Assembly: GCA_036172245.1 (NCBI GenBank)
Contig: JAYWIR010000006.1
Span: 1,798,001 to 1,862,000, forward strand
Direction of reading: 5' to 3'
Length of the DNA stretch: 64,000 nucleotides
Source of the DNA: Raillietiella orientalis
Taxonomy: Eukaryota
The notes under the pieces were generated by a model. It did no database searches. It saw nothing but the letters and a program-made list of their open reading frames with translations, and was not told the origin of the DNA. The position numbers and the translations under genes are program-made. Positions 52,100 to 64,000 of the stretch are shown piece after piece. The first letter of the stretch is position 1, and every line of letters starts with the position of its first letter.

Positions 52100-52460
52100 G
52101 TGTGGCTGAGCTCTCGCAGCTCCTGGAAGGCACGGGGAGCGAGATCTTGCAGCAGCTCCTGCCGATGAGGTCAGCGAACGCGTGGAGGTTTCCGGGAACT
52201 GGAGCGTGGTCACTTCCCGACTAGCGCCGTCGACAATCTCAGAGGGTGCTGAGAAGGGAGAGACGTCCATTCAGAACGGCCTGCCTGTCTGGACGAGGCG
52301 CACGATCTCAAGGACTTGGGAAGGGAGGCTCATTTTTCTCATGGTGCACACTGAGCCTTTAAGTTCGCTTACCAGGTTCGATACGGGAAAGAGTTCTTCG
52401 ACGGGAGAAGCTTACTGTTCCTCAAAAGCATCTCAGGCACCCCACAGCGCAAAATCTTCG
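52100..52460 (-). pseudogene. Decayed APE endonuclease C-terminal fragment
   Basis: PFPSP*DRAPRPD followed by GSDHAPV and GRSCCKIS. Confidence 0.4.
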
Positions 52461-53099
52461 TGACCATCACCCCAGCTACCACATGCAAAACAACGGCGAA
52501 TGACCACTCCTGCTCAACTGCAGCCCCGCTTACGATTTATGTCATCATTCTGCAACAGCAGACGAGAAATCCGCAGCTTCCGGAAAGGCCGCATGCGGCG
52601 CGCGTCGCTCTTTGTTTTTTCGATGGAGCCCTCGAAACCTTGGACCTGTTTTCCTGTGACTTGTTTTTAAAATTTTTCTGGAATATTCTATCCTTCTGAG
52701 GAACAGCAGGTGATTGATGCTTCGTTTCGGAGCCTCGGCTTTTTTTTTCTTCCTTTTCCCTTCTGAGTTGTTTTTGTTTTTCGTTTCACGAGTGCAACTG
52801 CTGTTTGATGGAAGATGCTCCTCTCTACCTTTTTCGCTCTCTGAGCTCTGAGCGCTTGATGACCCGAGTAAGGTGGCTCGTCTGATGGTTGGAGCGACGA
52901 AGTCAAAGGGCATTCTTATGACGTTGACAATAGCAATAGCAATACTAATGAAACCCTTGGGTTTCGCGCTCAAGAAGCTGGCATCATCCGTGCTCAAAAC
53001 TGGGGCCTGGAGTAGGTTCCTTGAACGAACATGCGGTTCATTGCGTGTGGTTCGAATGCCCGAACGTCAGAATCCCGAATCTGGAAATCTCGAAAGACC

Positions 53100-53290
53100 A
53101 TAAGAAATAAATACACACGTTTATTATATACATTAATATGTAGAAAATCTGTACGTTAAAATAAATCTGTATATTAATCTATATATTAATGTACATAATA
53201 AGCATACATATATTCATTTTTATTACCTTCATTATGCATATTTTAAATATATATACTAATGTATGTGATAAGTATATATGTTTATTTCTT
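53100..53290. repeat. AT-rich low-complexity tract
   Basis: TA/AT-rich run contrasting sharply with GC-rich flanks. Confidence 0.8.
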
Positions 53291-54899
53291 ATGATCTTCG
53301 TGCTCCCGTTGTCATGGTTGAGAATCGCGACACCGGGTTCACTGGAACGAAAAATGTACCTTATGGTCTATGTATCAGTGTACACATCCATGAATCCCGT
53401 ACGTACAGAAGCTTCCCCATTCGACTCCAAGAGTGGATGGAAGTGGCTCATGAAACACACGGGAGCCAAATATCCTGCTCTGTCGTTCCCACAAATTAAA
53501 TCGCTCTCAAAAAGGTGGTCACCTCCGCAGCGAGTCAGATCGTTTACTCGCACTCACGAACCGCCAAAGGCAATGCACACCCAATCGTCCATATTCTTAT
53601 CCCGATGGATCACAATGCGTTTCTGATGATACTGACTGAAAAATCAGCGACCACCTGCTTTTCTAAACCCCAGAACGGGTGAAACCCACAGAAGTCCATC
53701 ACACCCAATGCAAGCAATTCCTCAGATGCATTGCCATTCCTGGATTCCCTTCGCCTCAGGAGCATCTCCCGAATCACAGCTTCGGGCAGCGACCACTGCA
53801 AACTGCTTCCAGATGTCAATCAAGTGAAAATCATGCGAGGAATCACCTAGTTGTCCCTGCAGACAAAAGGGGAAGGGTGGGGGAGATCGAGGAGTGGGGA
53901 AACTTGGATCGTAGGTTTCCGCTTTCCTCAAGAGAATGTCGGTCTTGTTGCCTGCGTCAGACTCATCCGCAATTCACCTCCGTCCACCTTTGCGCAGATC
54001 CCGGCGCCGGTGAAACTCGCGACGATTGCGAGGCGTGCAACCGTCGCAACCTTGGTTACACGCGCGGCCGTCCGAGCGTCCCCTTGGCTCCGAAGCAGGA
54101 AGTGGCGGGACTAGGCCTTGTGAAGACGACCCACGTCGAAAACGAAAGGTGAGCGTTTCTGCGTGACGAGGCGAGCGAAGTCGCCCGGCCCGCAGGAGGA
54201 AGGAAGGAAGGAAGCGTCGAAACGTCCGGGTTCCGGGAACGCTCCCCTTCCTCCCCCGGAAGCGGCGGCGGGTTGCACACTGTGACGCCGGTCGGGTGGA
54301 AAAAAAGGAGCAGCAGTATCCAAGCAAGCAGTTTTTCGGAGTAGCAGTCGCATATCGAGAAGAATGGGAAACGCAAACTCACCAGGGCTGATGGGGATCG
54401 GACTCCATCGTTCGGAAAGGGAAAGAGGAGAAAAATGAGCTTCGTCCTCATTTCCGCTGTCGCAGCAGCCCGGGTAGGACTTCCATTCTTAGGCGTTCGG
54501 GGACAGCATTTATCTTTCGCCCCGTATGCAACCACCAGCAGCTCGAAACTGCGCAGCGGAGGAAGAGCTCTCTCGGAAGAGATAGGCTGCAGCGCAGATA
54601 AGACCAGGAGACTCACTTCCTTGTCACGAACTGAAGATAACAATGGGAGAAACGACTTCCGATCGCAGCGTCCGTACCATCCAACGGAGCAAGCTCGTGA
54701 GGTTTTTCTCTTATCGAAGAACTCCCTGATGAGGGAACATCCATGTGTCGCTCTGGAATCGAGCCGGGACTAGGGAGGCCTGCCCACTCAGTGAGGACAA
54801 TCCGCATCTCGCGGACGACACGTTGATCCGTGCCGGCTCAACCTTGGCCTCCCGACCACCGGAAATCAATCAGGAAACCAACAGGAGACCTTTCTTGCC

Positions 54900-55650
54900 A
54901 CTGGAGCTTGCAGCAGGAAGAGGCAATCCCAAACACTCGAGGGAGACCACCCCCAACTGTGCGACTGGAGACACAGCACCTTGGTCCACCCCACGACAAA
55001 GGGAAAATCGGAGATCCTGGCCAGAAACCAGGACTCTTCGAGTCGTCGTCGTCGCGCTCTAGTCCTCTTCCTTGAGGAGAGGAACTAGGGTCTTCTTACC
55101 TGACTCGTGCTAGTCATTCTGGACAACCCAGATGGGATGACCTCCAGAGGACCGAGCGTGAGCCCACGTGTTCGAGGGTCACAAGTCCTTCTGATCGGCG
55201 CATCTCCGAAGAACAAGGAAGCAGGCGTGGTCGAACCCTGGAGAACCTCCGATGACGGGAGGAAAGATAGAAAAGTCTGAAGGTCGGGTCGCTAACCCTA
55301 GACCTCAACCTCGACAAGAGGCAAGAACGGTGGAGGACAAGAGAACGTTGGATTTCGTTCGGGGAAACTCAAAATAGAGAGTGTCCAGAAAGAATCCAAA
55401 CTGAAACTCGTTTTATCAAGGCGAAGAATTCCCGGTGGTCAGCGGGGAAGCTTCGGGAGCGAACCTCAGAAAGCACCCACATCCTGAGGCTCAGCTTGGA
55501 ATTAACGACCTCGACAGTCTGGAAGAGGAGGGTGGAAGATAAGTTTGCTGGCGTTCAGTCCCAGGGAGAATTCGGGTAGGGACCCATTTGCGAAGGGGCG
55601 CTTGAACTGCCGACGCACCGCCTTGCTAGTCGAATTTCCTGCCTCCACAA
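54900..55650 (-). pseudogene. Decayed LINE RT fragment
   Basis: NGSLPEF, VVNSKL, LRLDKTSFSLDS, EVLQGSTTPASLF, in RT motif order. Confidence 0.3.
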
Positions 55651-58349
55651 GTGTTTCGTGAGATGTCTAGCGAGCTCCCCTCTGGAAAGTCTGACCGACA
55701 TGCCTTTGCGGGGCGGAGACGGCGAACAAGATGATGCGGCGATGCGTCTCTTGCGTTTGGAGGACGGGGAGAACGGTGGGAGGGCGTTGCGTGTTCCAAG
55801 GAACTGACGCCAGGAAACTCAGTCACGAGGGGGAGTTCTATGACTCGATAGGGTCGGCGTAGGAGCTGCAACAAAACAAGATGCTGGTCGGCAGAAGAAT
55901 CGAGTGGAGCATCTGCTGCATATCTTAGCCAGTGGCTCATCATTCACTAGCTGAAGGTGCCCCTCTTTTTCCCTCTTTTCCTTCCGTGGGCTTTCGCATC
56001 CTATCTCGATGAAAGCGAGGGTGCTCCTGCCCAATCATCACTCACGCAAAGCGACCTTCCCTCCCTCGGTTTGACTGCAAGAACCGAATCATTCCCTGTT
56101 TTAAGAGAAGTATCTCGGGAGAGAGTACTGATCGATTTGAGTTATTTGCTTACGGATGCCACTGAATACGTAAAGAGATGCGGCTCACCATGGAATCCCC
56201 TGCTGCCTTTTTTTTTTTTTTTTTAAATGGTTCAGGAATGCTGTCAGTTCTCACAGAGTTAGTGGCTGAATGTTCTCTATGATGATGCATCTCGCTGCTG
56301 AATAACATGGAGGCGAGGAGGTGAATTCACGTAGCATCTCGGTCAAATCATATGCGCGGTGTCCGGAGCAGCCGGAAGATTCGATAGTAGCGGAACAGCA
56401 AAGAGCAAAGCCGAAGTGAAAGCAGAGAGAAGGACGTTTGAGTAGTGACCTTTTCCACCGCTTTTGATTTGGAGGCCGCACCTCGTTCCGTAGGACATGC
56501 TTGCGCGCGTTCTCCCTGGCCTGCGGCTGATAGAAGAGCGGCTGTCTATCGTCAGCCCGGGGACATAGAAGGGTTCTTGCCTCTGATCTCAAGAGCGCTT
56601 CCATCCATTCACTCGTTCTGGAGAACAGCTCTGTCCTCCATGACGAGTGACCAGTTTCTCTGTTCGTTAGAGAGAAACAGATTGTTTCTCTCGAAGGCCG
56701 ATGGTCTCTAGAGAGAGCAAGAACTGAGCGCTCTGTCGCTTGAATCCGGAAACGCTTGAATTCTCTTGACCGGTGAGCCTCCGAGCAACATCTCCGTATG
56801 AGCTCGGGTGAGTTTTCTTTCTGGAGGTCTCCCCAGACGTCAACTGCGAGGTTCGAGCAATCGCGACATGTCAGCGTGACGTGAATAGGAAGTCTCTGCC
56901 GTAGGATTGCTGGCAATCAAGCGAGCAAAATATCAGAGCACTGAACTTGTAGATGACTTTAGCTGCAATGACCGAGGGAGTTTCTTAGGGAGATCATCTG
57001 CTCGTCCCAAAATCCTCGAACCAAGAACCCATGCGGATGTGAAGAAACACATACGAATGACTCCATTCTGAATGAAGTAGGAGTTTCTGAAGAGAAAGGT
57101 GGCAAACTGCTCATGTCTCAAATGCTTCTGGCTACTGTGGACCCTTGCGAGAGGTCACGTAGCAGCTTTCAGGGCGTCTAGGTGCGCTACAGGTTTACTA
57201 CGTTCTTCTTTCGTTTCCCGTTGCTTTTTTCCTCCCGAGATAGTCTGACCTCCTGTCGGAATCGGAAAGCTTCCCACACTCTTGGAGCCAACGAATTGCT
57301 TGATTTCGGTTTCTTGGGTCTTCTTACGGTTTCTGGATAAGGGGTAGAGTCGCTTGACATCTTTCGATCGTGGCTGCTTTGCTCAGCATGCGATTGCTCA
57401 AGAGCGCAGCGGAGAATGTCCAATCGTGCTTAAGGGATTCCTGTTGCCACTTTCAGGACAAGAAATTTTATCGTTCGGAATGGCAGAATCGAGATGGGGT
57501 TCTGTTCCGTAGGACACTGAAAAAAAAAGGCTAAAGCTTGATCAAATTTGAGGAGATGTAGGTTCCTCAGAAGTAAGAATTCATCATCCATCATTTCTTC
57601 TCGCTTTCTTAAGTTATTCAGTTCCCTTGAGCGTTACACATGGAATCGCCAAATGGACGTCTTTCAGGACGTCAGCCATCACATATCATTGGGAACACAT
57701 ACAAAAAAAAAGGAAAAGCTGGAGAAGCAGACAATTCCATTCGGCCCTCCAAGCATCGCTAGGAGGAAGCACCCCTGGGGAAGGCGCTCGCAGCGTTTTT
57801 TAGAGACGTCCTTTTTTGACACTCCATCTCTCACGATACATTCGAGGCGTAGAGCTGCCGCCGATGCGCGGCTCGGAAACTGCCGAAAATCAGGTCTCTT
57901 CTCTCGCCCGCATCACCGCCACTCAACTCCTTACTTCCATTTCTGCGGATTCCGCCTTCCTGCGTTCCGGTTTTGCAGAGCTCCCGAGGGCATCTGCAAA
58001 AGGTGGCAGGGACTCGTTCCGTGTTTTGCCTCCTGTGATCTTCAGGACTGCCTCGCCGCTATCTTTCCCATCCCACGCGTTCGCCCGATCGCGAGTCCTT
58101 CGAGCTCCTCGAACGCTCGCAGGCTGCCGTGTCCCGCTTGAGCATCAGGAATGCCGGGGTTTCGCAGGCCGCCAACAGCGGCGCCGTTGTCCCGCATGAA
58201 GACGCGGACTTCTGCGGTTTCCTGGAGAGCGGGGATATCGGCACGGACACTCGACCGGCAGCCTTGGGTGTCCTGATGATCCCGGTTTAAATCATGGTCA
58301 TCTAAAAAACGCAATGGGAAGAAGAGGGGGAGGAGGGGGGAGGTACATA

Positions 58350-58815
58350 GGGAATATCTTCTTCAGTTTCTATGCAGGGGTCTTCAGTTTGTGGATGCCG
58401 CTCTTCGTTTCTTCTCCGAAGGGAACCGCTCCTTGTTTCTCCTCTGAAGAGAACACGGAAGGGACATTCCACAAAGAAAGCAGCGCGTTTCTTACACTCT
58501 GGAGAGGACGACACCCGAGGGGGGGTATCAACCGGCCCCGTGGGGAAGGGGGAAACCCTGAAGGGAACAGGCTTCCTTGATTCCTGGAAGGACCCCGCAG
58601 GGTCAACTTCCAATCCCGGAGTCAGTCAACGGGGTGATCCGGCTTCCGCCAGTGCCTCACCCGAAGCCCGCGTGCCAACCAGCGCCATCCTGTGGGAAAC
58701 TCGAGGCCCACAACGCGCCCCCTTGATTCCCCTGGCCTCGACCCTTCCCCGAGCGGGATTCGAACCCGCGACTCTAGGTGCTACGCGCAGAGGAGCCCGC
58801 AGCCACGCGGCTGCC
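58350..58815 (-). mobile_element. tRNA-derived SINE-like repeat, copy 3 (3'-incomplete)
   Basis: Perfect T-arm GCGGG-TTCGAAT-CCCGC on the minus strand (58753-58769) but no acceptor stem. Body aligns with copies 1 and 2. Confidence 0.7.
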
Positions 58816-60801
58816 GACGCGAGAGGAGGAGGCAGAGAGGATGATGGCGGAGTTTTCCTCCTCCTCTTCTTCCACGATATTCTCAGCCTCCGCTCCAGAT
58901 CTCCGGATGCCCTCTGCGCTGTTCCTTTTCTTCGGGTAACATGCCTATGTCTCCGTTTTTCTCCCACTGCTCCTGGCCTGGAGGTAACAGATTCCAAGTT
59001 TCTGCTGTGATCTTGCAGCATTCGGAGAACTTGTCTGGGACCCCACGCAAGCCTTCGAGCTTCCTCAGTTTCTTTATGCCCCGCCGTCCGCAGAAACCCG
59101 GATCTTTCCTAGTGGCTTGCGGGAAGAGAGGAGGGTTCTCTCGCGCTTTTCAGGGCCTCTCCCCCCTCTCAGCCCCATTACCCTTTGTTCTTCTCGGCCT
59201 TCCTCCTCAATCTCGGGCTCAGGTGAGAACCGTCTGCAGCTGGTGCCAATTCGCATCTCGGCGCCTAGCAGCCTCTCCTGTCCCATTCATCCGGTCGTCG
59301 CAGGGCATGGAGGCGGTGGAGGACGAAGCGGTGGACTCGAGCTGCCGGCTTGAACGCAGCCCCTTCCTGGACGTAGGCAGGACGGCCATCGGCTCTCCCA
59401 GAAGCGTGCCCGCGTGATCGCGGACGGACGCCTCCACTTTCCCGCGGGCGACTTCCGAGGACGAAGGTGGCGCGCGCGCGTGCGAGGTGCGCAGCCAAGT
59501 GGGTCACGTGTCTGCCTTGGCCACTCACGCCGTGCACTGCCGCCCTTCCTTCATCGTTCTGCCGATGTCCTAGTGCGCCCACGTCCACAGCGACGCGTCT
59601 CTCTCCCGCCCGACGTCACCCCGCGCCTCTGCTCTTCTGGTCAAAAGGGGGAGTGTGGCCCTTCGCGCTGCTGGCCGAGCAGCCTGCCGGACGCGTCGCC
59701 GTCGGCTCGCTGGCCGTCCGCGGCGTCTCCAAGGGGTCTTCTGCTCCTGACTGATATCTGTTCCTCGCATCTTCCTCGGGATGCAGGTTCAGCTTTCCGA
59801 CGAAGGTGCCATCTCCTTCCTCCCATCAGATGGGTGACCGTTGCATGGAAACCGTCCGCGAAACTTGTGAGGGAAGACAGGAGCTTTGGAGGACACTGAG
59901 TGGTCAACGCGTCCTCGTAGTGCAAGGCGGAGTTTCCCGGAACGCGTGCCGTGGTCTAGGTGGCAGTGTGGTCGAGCTACCTATTCGAGCAGACATCCTT
60001 CGCCGCACCCGTGGTAGCCTGGCAACAAAAACAGTAAATACTTGAGCCCACGGACACCTATTGCTTCTTTCGAGCTGAGAACGAAGCTTTTCCAAGGCGC
60101 CTTCTTTCTCCCTTGTTCATCCCTTTTTGCTGGAAATCCGCACGCAGCTGCCACCATCAAGTGAGAAGGGGAAGAACGCAAGCGCCTTCCCCCGTCAGGT
60201 AAAGTTTCATCCGGGTGAAGGTTTTCCATCTTCGCTCGCCTCCCCCTTGTGTTTTTTTTGGCAAAGTCCAAACGAGCAGTTCCTTTCTCAGCATCTTCGT
60301 CCCACTAAAGGGCAGCTGGAGTCCTCCTGCTCGTGCATCTGAAGGAGGAAAAGTGGTCTTCAGGTGACATTTCATTCCTTCCTCTTCCGATGCCAGTTCT
60401 CTCTTGAATTTCCCTCGGGTCGATGATGAATGTCCTGAGGAAAGCCAGCGCTGGCAGGTCCGGCTCCACCATCCGGAAGGTACCGTCTCAGCAGCCTCAA
60501 GAGAGGGCATCGACTGCGCACTACCATGGACGTCATGGATCTTCCGCCTTCTTACGAGATCGATAGCCTTTGCTGTTTTCGTCGCGGGAGGTTTGATTCG
60601 GCTAAGAAAACGCAACGAGCGGGGGAATGTTGTGGAAGCGGGCGGAGGGGAAGCAAGGAAGGGATGGATATTTGTCCCCTGCGTTCCTGACCCTTCCTGG
60701 GTCCGCCCTCCCTCTGCGACGGAGTCTGAAAATGCGAACAACCCTTTCCTGCCAAAAGACTGGAACCGTGATCTCAAGTTGCCCTATGTCTTGTTTTGCA
60801 G

Positions 60802-61007
60802 CTTCGACACCCGCGAGTCCTCGACCCGCAAGATGCCGAAATGGAAGAGCGAATCCCCCGCTGGAGACGACGTGTTCTTCAAGTCCGACGCGCCAAGCGG
60901 GTTGGTCTTGAAAGAGGTTCTGCCGGTCCACGCAGGGATCTACAAGTGCCGGGTGGATTTCAGCATGAGCCCGACAAAGATCACGATTACCAACGTCAGC
61001 CTGATAG
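60802..61007 (+). CDS. Exon of a Sidestep-family Ig-superfamily gene (C-terminal half of V-set Ig domain 1)
   Basis: Acceptor TTGTTTTGCAG, donor G|GTGGGT, phase 2 to 1. Encodes FDTRESS..KW..VFF..SGLVLKEVLPVHAGIYKCRVDFSMSPTKITITNVSLI (Side hallmark YxCRVDFxxSPT). Splices in frame to exon 39611-39740 (AG|C = Ser). Confidence 0.9.
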
Positions 61008-64000
61008 GTGGGTCCGATTGGTTGGCCGCTGCTCCGCTCCTGAAGTCCGCTGCCGCGATTTCGGACGGGTCAGAGTGGCGCCTCGAGTGGCCAGCGGGCG
61101 GGTTCGCAGGGCTGCATCGGACGCACAAGACACAAGGAAAGGCGTAAGGGAACGTCTCCCCGGCTGCCTGGTTCACCGCTCCACGACTGACTGACCCCGC
61201 GAATTTGAGCACGCCCGATGGATGACCTGGGTGGTGACGAATTGGGTTCCTATCCCTCCCGGTACGTGCACCTCCGTTCACTGCCCAGCTCGCTGCGTGG
61301 CAGGGAGCTTTGCAGTTTATTTTTCGTTAGCGTGTTCATTTTTGGCGTTTCCTGCGCGCCAACGCTGACGCCGCGGCGCTCGGACTCACGGCGCACGTTG
61401 CGGCAAGTCCAGGCGGGCACGAAAGGCGAACCAAAGCTCGAGGGCCGCTCCGTGCGCATTTTCCTCCTTCTTGAAGCGGAACCAGGAAGGCAGAGGCATG
61501 CGCGTGTCGAGACCAGAGATTACCCGAGTGGTCTCCTCGGTGGCGGTGGCATCAGCGCATCTTGAACTGTGCGCCCACTGCCATAGTTGTCAAGCCTCTA
61601 AGCGTCCTCCGCGTCGCAGACCACTTACGATGAATCCGCTAATTCGATCAGTTCCTCTCATGGCCTCCTCCCCCTCGTGCTACCATGATTGCCGCTGACG
61701 GAGCAGCTGCTGTTGCCGAATGGTCTAGCTTAGGACCTCATTCATCTAACCCTGCATACTGCTGCTTTACGGTTTATACAAGGTCACCAGCTACCGGAAG
61801 AAATGCAGCTAAAAGTTTAATCACCGAGCTCTACACATGAAGACAAGGCTGACTCAACTGACTGAATTATCGAGATCTTTTCGGGTCTTCTGCTTGTGTT
61901 TTCGGGAAACACAGAGATGAATTCCGCATGCGAAGCATAAATTGCACGAAAGCATGAAGCACAATTAATTCATTATTTATAACTGGTTTACATCCTTCGG
62001 ATGTCAAAAAATGAAAGCTGCCTTCATGTATTTTTGATTTGAGAATCTCTTGTTTTAACGAGTTTCGACGCGTTCCATGACACTTCAATTTCTGGGTAGC
62101 ACTGCTCTCGCGGAGCGCTAGCGTCGACTACGCACGCCCATCCGGCAACGCTCTCTGGAGCCGCATTCTTATTGGTCGGCTGGAATTTCTCACCCGATTA
62201 CGCCAGGGTTCCCAAGCGTATCCTTCACCGAAATGCAGGGTGCGGAGGATTTAATAAACTTTTGGAAGCGGATTATGCAAATAATACCTTCCATTAAAAC
62301 AGAAGCTGCCGGGATGACGAAAACCATTTTTATTGCCAGAAATCACGCTTCGCAAAAGTGCGTCGGGAACTCTCTATCGTTACACACACAAGGCACTCCC
62401 AAACGAGCGAAAAAAAAGGAAAAAAGGGGACATTTTAAGGGGACCGGGGATCAACTTGCACTTGGCTCTGTAATTTACAAATTGCAGAGCGAAGTGTAAG
62501 AATGTTGCTCTTCGGTTTGCTTCCACGAGGACCTGTCAGTTTTCCTACCGAAAGATAAACAAAAGAGTTGCGAAAAGATTCAGTGAACTTCAAAGATTAG
62601 CGAAGATGGGGGTGGTACATACCGTGGCTAGAAGGCTCAGAGATTGCAGTTAGGTAAAGGCGGACAGAGAAGTTGGAACTAGTAACAAAAAAAAAAGCAA
62701 AAAGGAAAAAACGAAAAAGAAAACACCCATGTATGAAATTTAGACGGAGGGAAAAAAAATCCAGGAATGCGAAAACGCAATCATCCTCCATGTGAATGCG
62801 ATTGCACATTGAAAACACTCAGCTTCTTGTGCGCCTGTTTTAGACGGGCAACGCATAACGAGGTTTCGGGAATCTTTTCTCTTGCCCGACGCATTGCAAA
62901 GTAACCTTTGCTTAGCTGAAACGCCCCTTATGTACTCCATGCTATTTAACACCCAAAACGCTTTCGGATTCAGGCACCATTTGAGATTTTTCCCTCCTCT
63001 TCTTCGAATTTCCTCACTGCCCGTGTTGATCGACTTATGTCTGTATTGAAGTTCTTCAGCACACTGGAGTATCGATTCTTATGTCACTCCTCCCGATGAA
63101 GGGAGCGAATCGGTGTGTGCACCATCTCCCTTTTTCGTTCGAGCTGGTCTTTTTCCCTTGGTCCGTCTCCACGCCCTCCGTCGTTCCGCAGTTAACGACC
63201 CGACTGTTTCCGCGTTTCCGGTGAAACTGGTGCTCCTTATTTCCGGCAGGGCTGCCACCGCAAATTACGTTAATCTCTGCCGCCGTGCATAGCCTCCCGC
63301 TCGAGGTTCCATCCCGGGGCCGTGAGGGATTCCTGCTCAATCAAGAAGCGGGGCGGATCTTTTCAGGAGACGACCCCGCGCTCACAGTTTCCATGCTGGG
63401 GCTGCTTGCTCGTTCTTTCTCCAGAGGGTTGCTATCGGAAACGATTCTCGAGCAGCTACAGCTGCGATCGCCTAGCAGGGTTCCCTCCCAATGGAATCCT
63501 GTCCGCGCAGCAAGGCTTGGCTTATCCTGTGGCCAGACAGCCCACTCGGGGTTTCCCCATCGACGCGGTCGTGCCGCCCAAAGTTGCCTCTTGAGGAACA
63601 GCGTGCGATCGCATCGTTCCGTCATCGGCAGGAAATTCCGAGGTGCTCACAAATCTACGCTTCGGAATGCCTTCCCGCCAGAGGGGGAAGCATCTGTCCC
63701 CGAGGCGCACTCGGCGCTGTTCCTCCGATGTTCCTCAGTACATCGGAGGCTGAGAGAACTTCCCGGGGCGCCTCCAACTTTGCGGACATCGGCACTGCGC
63801 CTTCTGAGCTCGCAAACTTTCGAGTTTGAAGAACCCTTCGAAGCAGCACCCGAGCTGTCCGCGAAGTTTCCGTCATCTGACGAGGAGATGACGTGGTGGT
63901 CTCACACCTGATCTCGCATCTGTTGCGCTCACCTTCCGGTAAACACGCGGAGATGCGATTCGAGGCGCTCCGAATCATTTGGACGAGGCAGACGTTGCCG

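Noticed and set aside
56251..56916. 221-aa ORF as an APE domain
   Set aside because: GDL and SGHRA are about twice as far apart as GDFN and SDH should be; insufficient support.
58745..58815. Functional tRNA gene
   Set aside because: The T-arm is perfect but there is no acceptor or canonical anticodon stem; it is the head of a repeated SINE-like element.
60404..61147. Single-exon 247-aa protein
   Set aside because: Only 60802-61007 is Ig-like and bounded by splice sites; the rest is open intronic sequence.
62430..62930. TTAA-flanked Kolobok/piggyBac-type MITE starting TTAAGGGGAC
   Set aside because: No matching inverted terminus found.

Overview
Eukaryotic, most likely arthropod, genomic DNA; there is no prokaryotic operon, CRISPR array, rRNA or intact tRNA. 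Roughly 1-29 kb is a dense graveyard of non-LTR retrotransposons. It holds several diverged L1/Tx1-like LINE copies (RT plus C-terminal CxxC..H...C zinc finger) packed end to end, two NeSL/Utopia-like restriction-like-endonuclease (REL) elements, and decayed ORF1, APE and RT fragments. All L1/Tx1-like 3' ends stop at a conserved AATAAA-N3-CCCGG-loop-CCRGG-T(G/T)A(T)AAA hairpin rather than a long poly(A). A tRNA-derived SINE-like repeat occurs three times, and an unclassified, possibly coding repeat is scattered over 31.5-36.9 kb. The only clear host gene is a Sidestep-family Ig-superfamily gene on the + strand: its first V-set Ig domain is split into two exons (39611-39740 and 60802-61007) by a 21-kb intron. 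Most long ORFs in the track are GC-rich or low-complexity artefacts. All family assignments come from motif recognition by eye, not from database searches.
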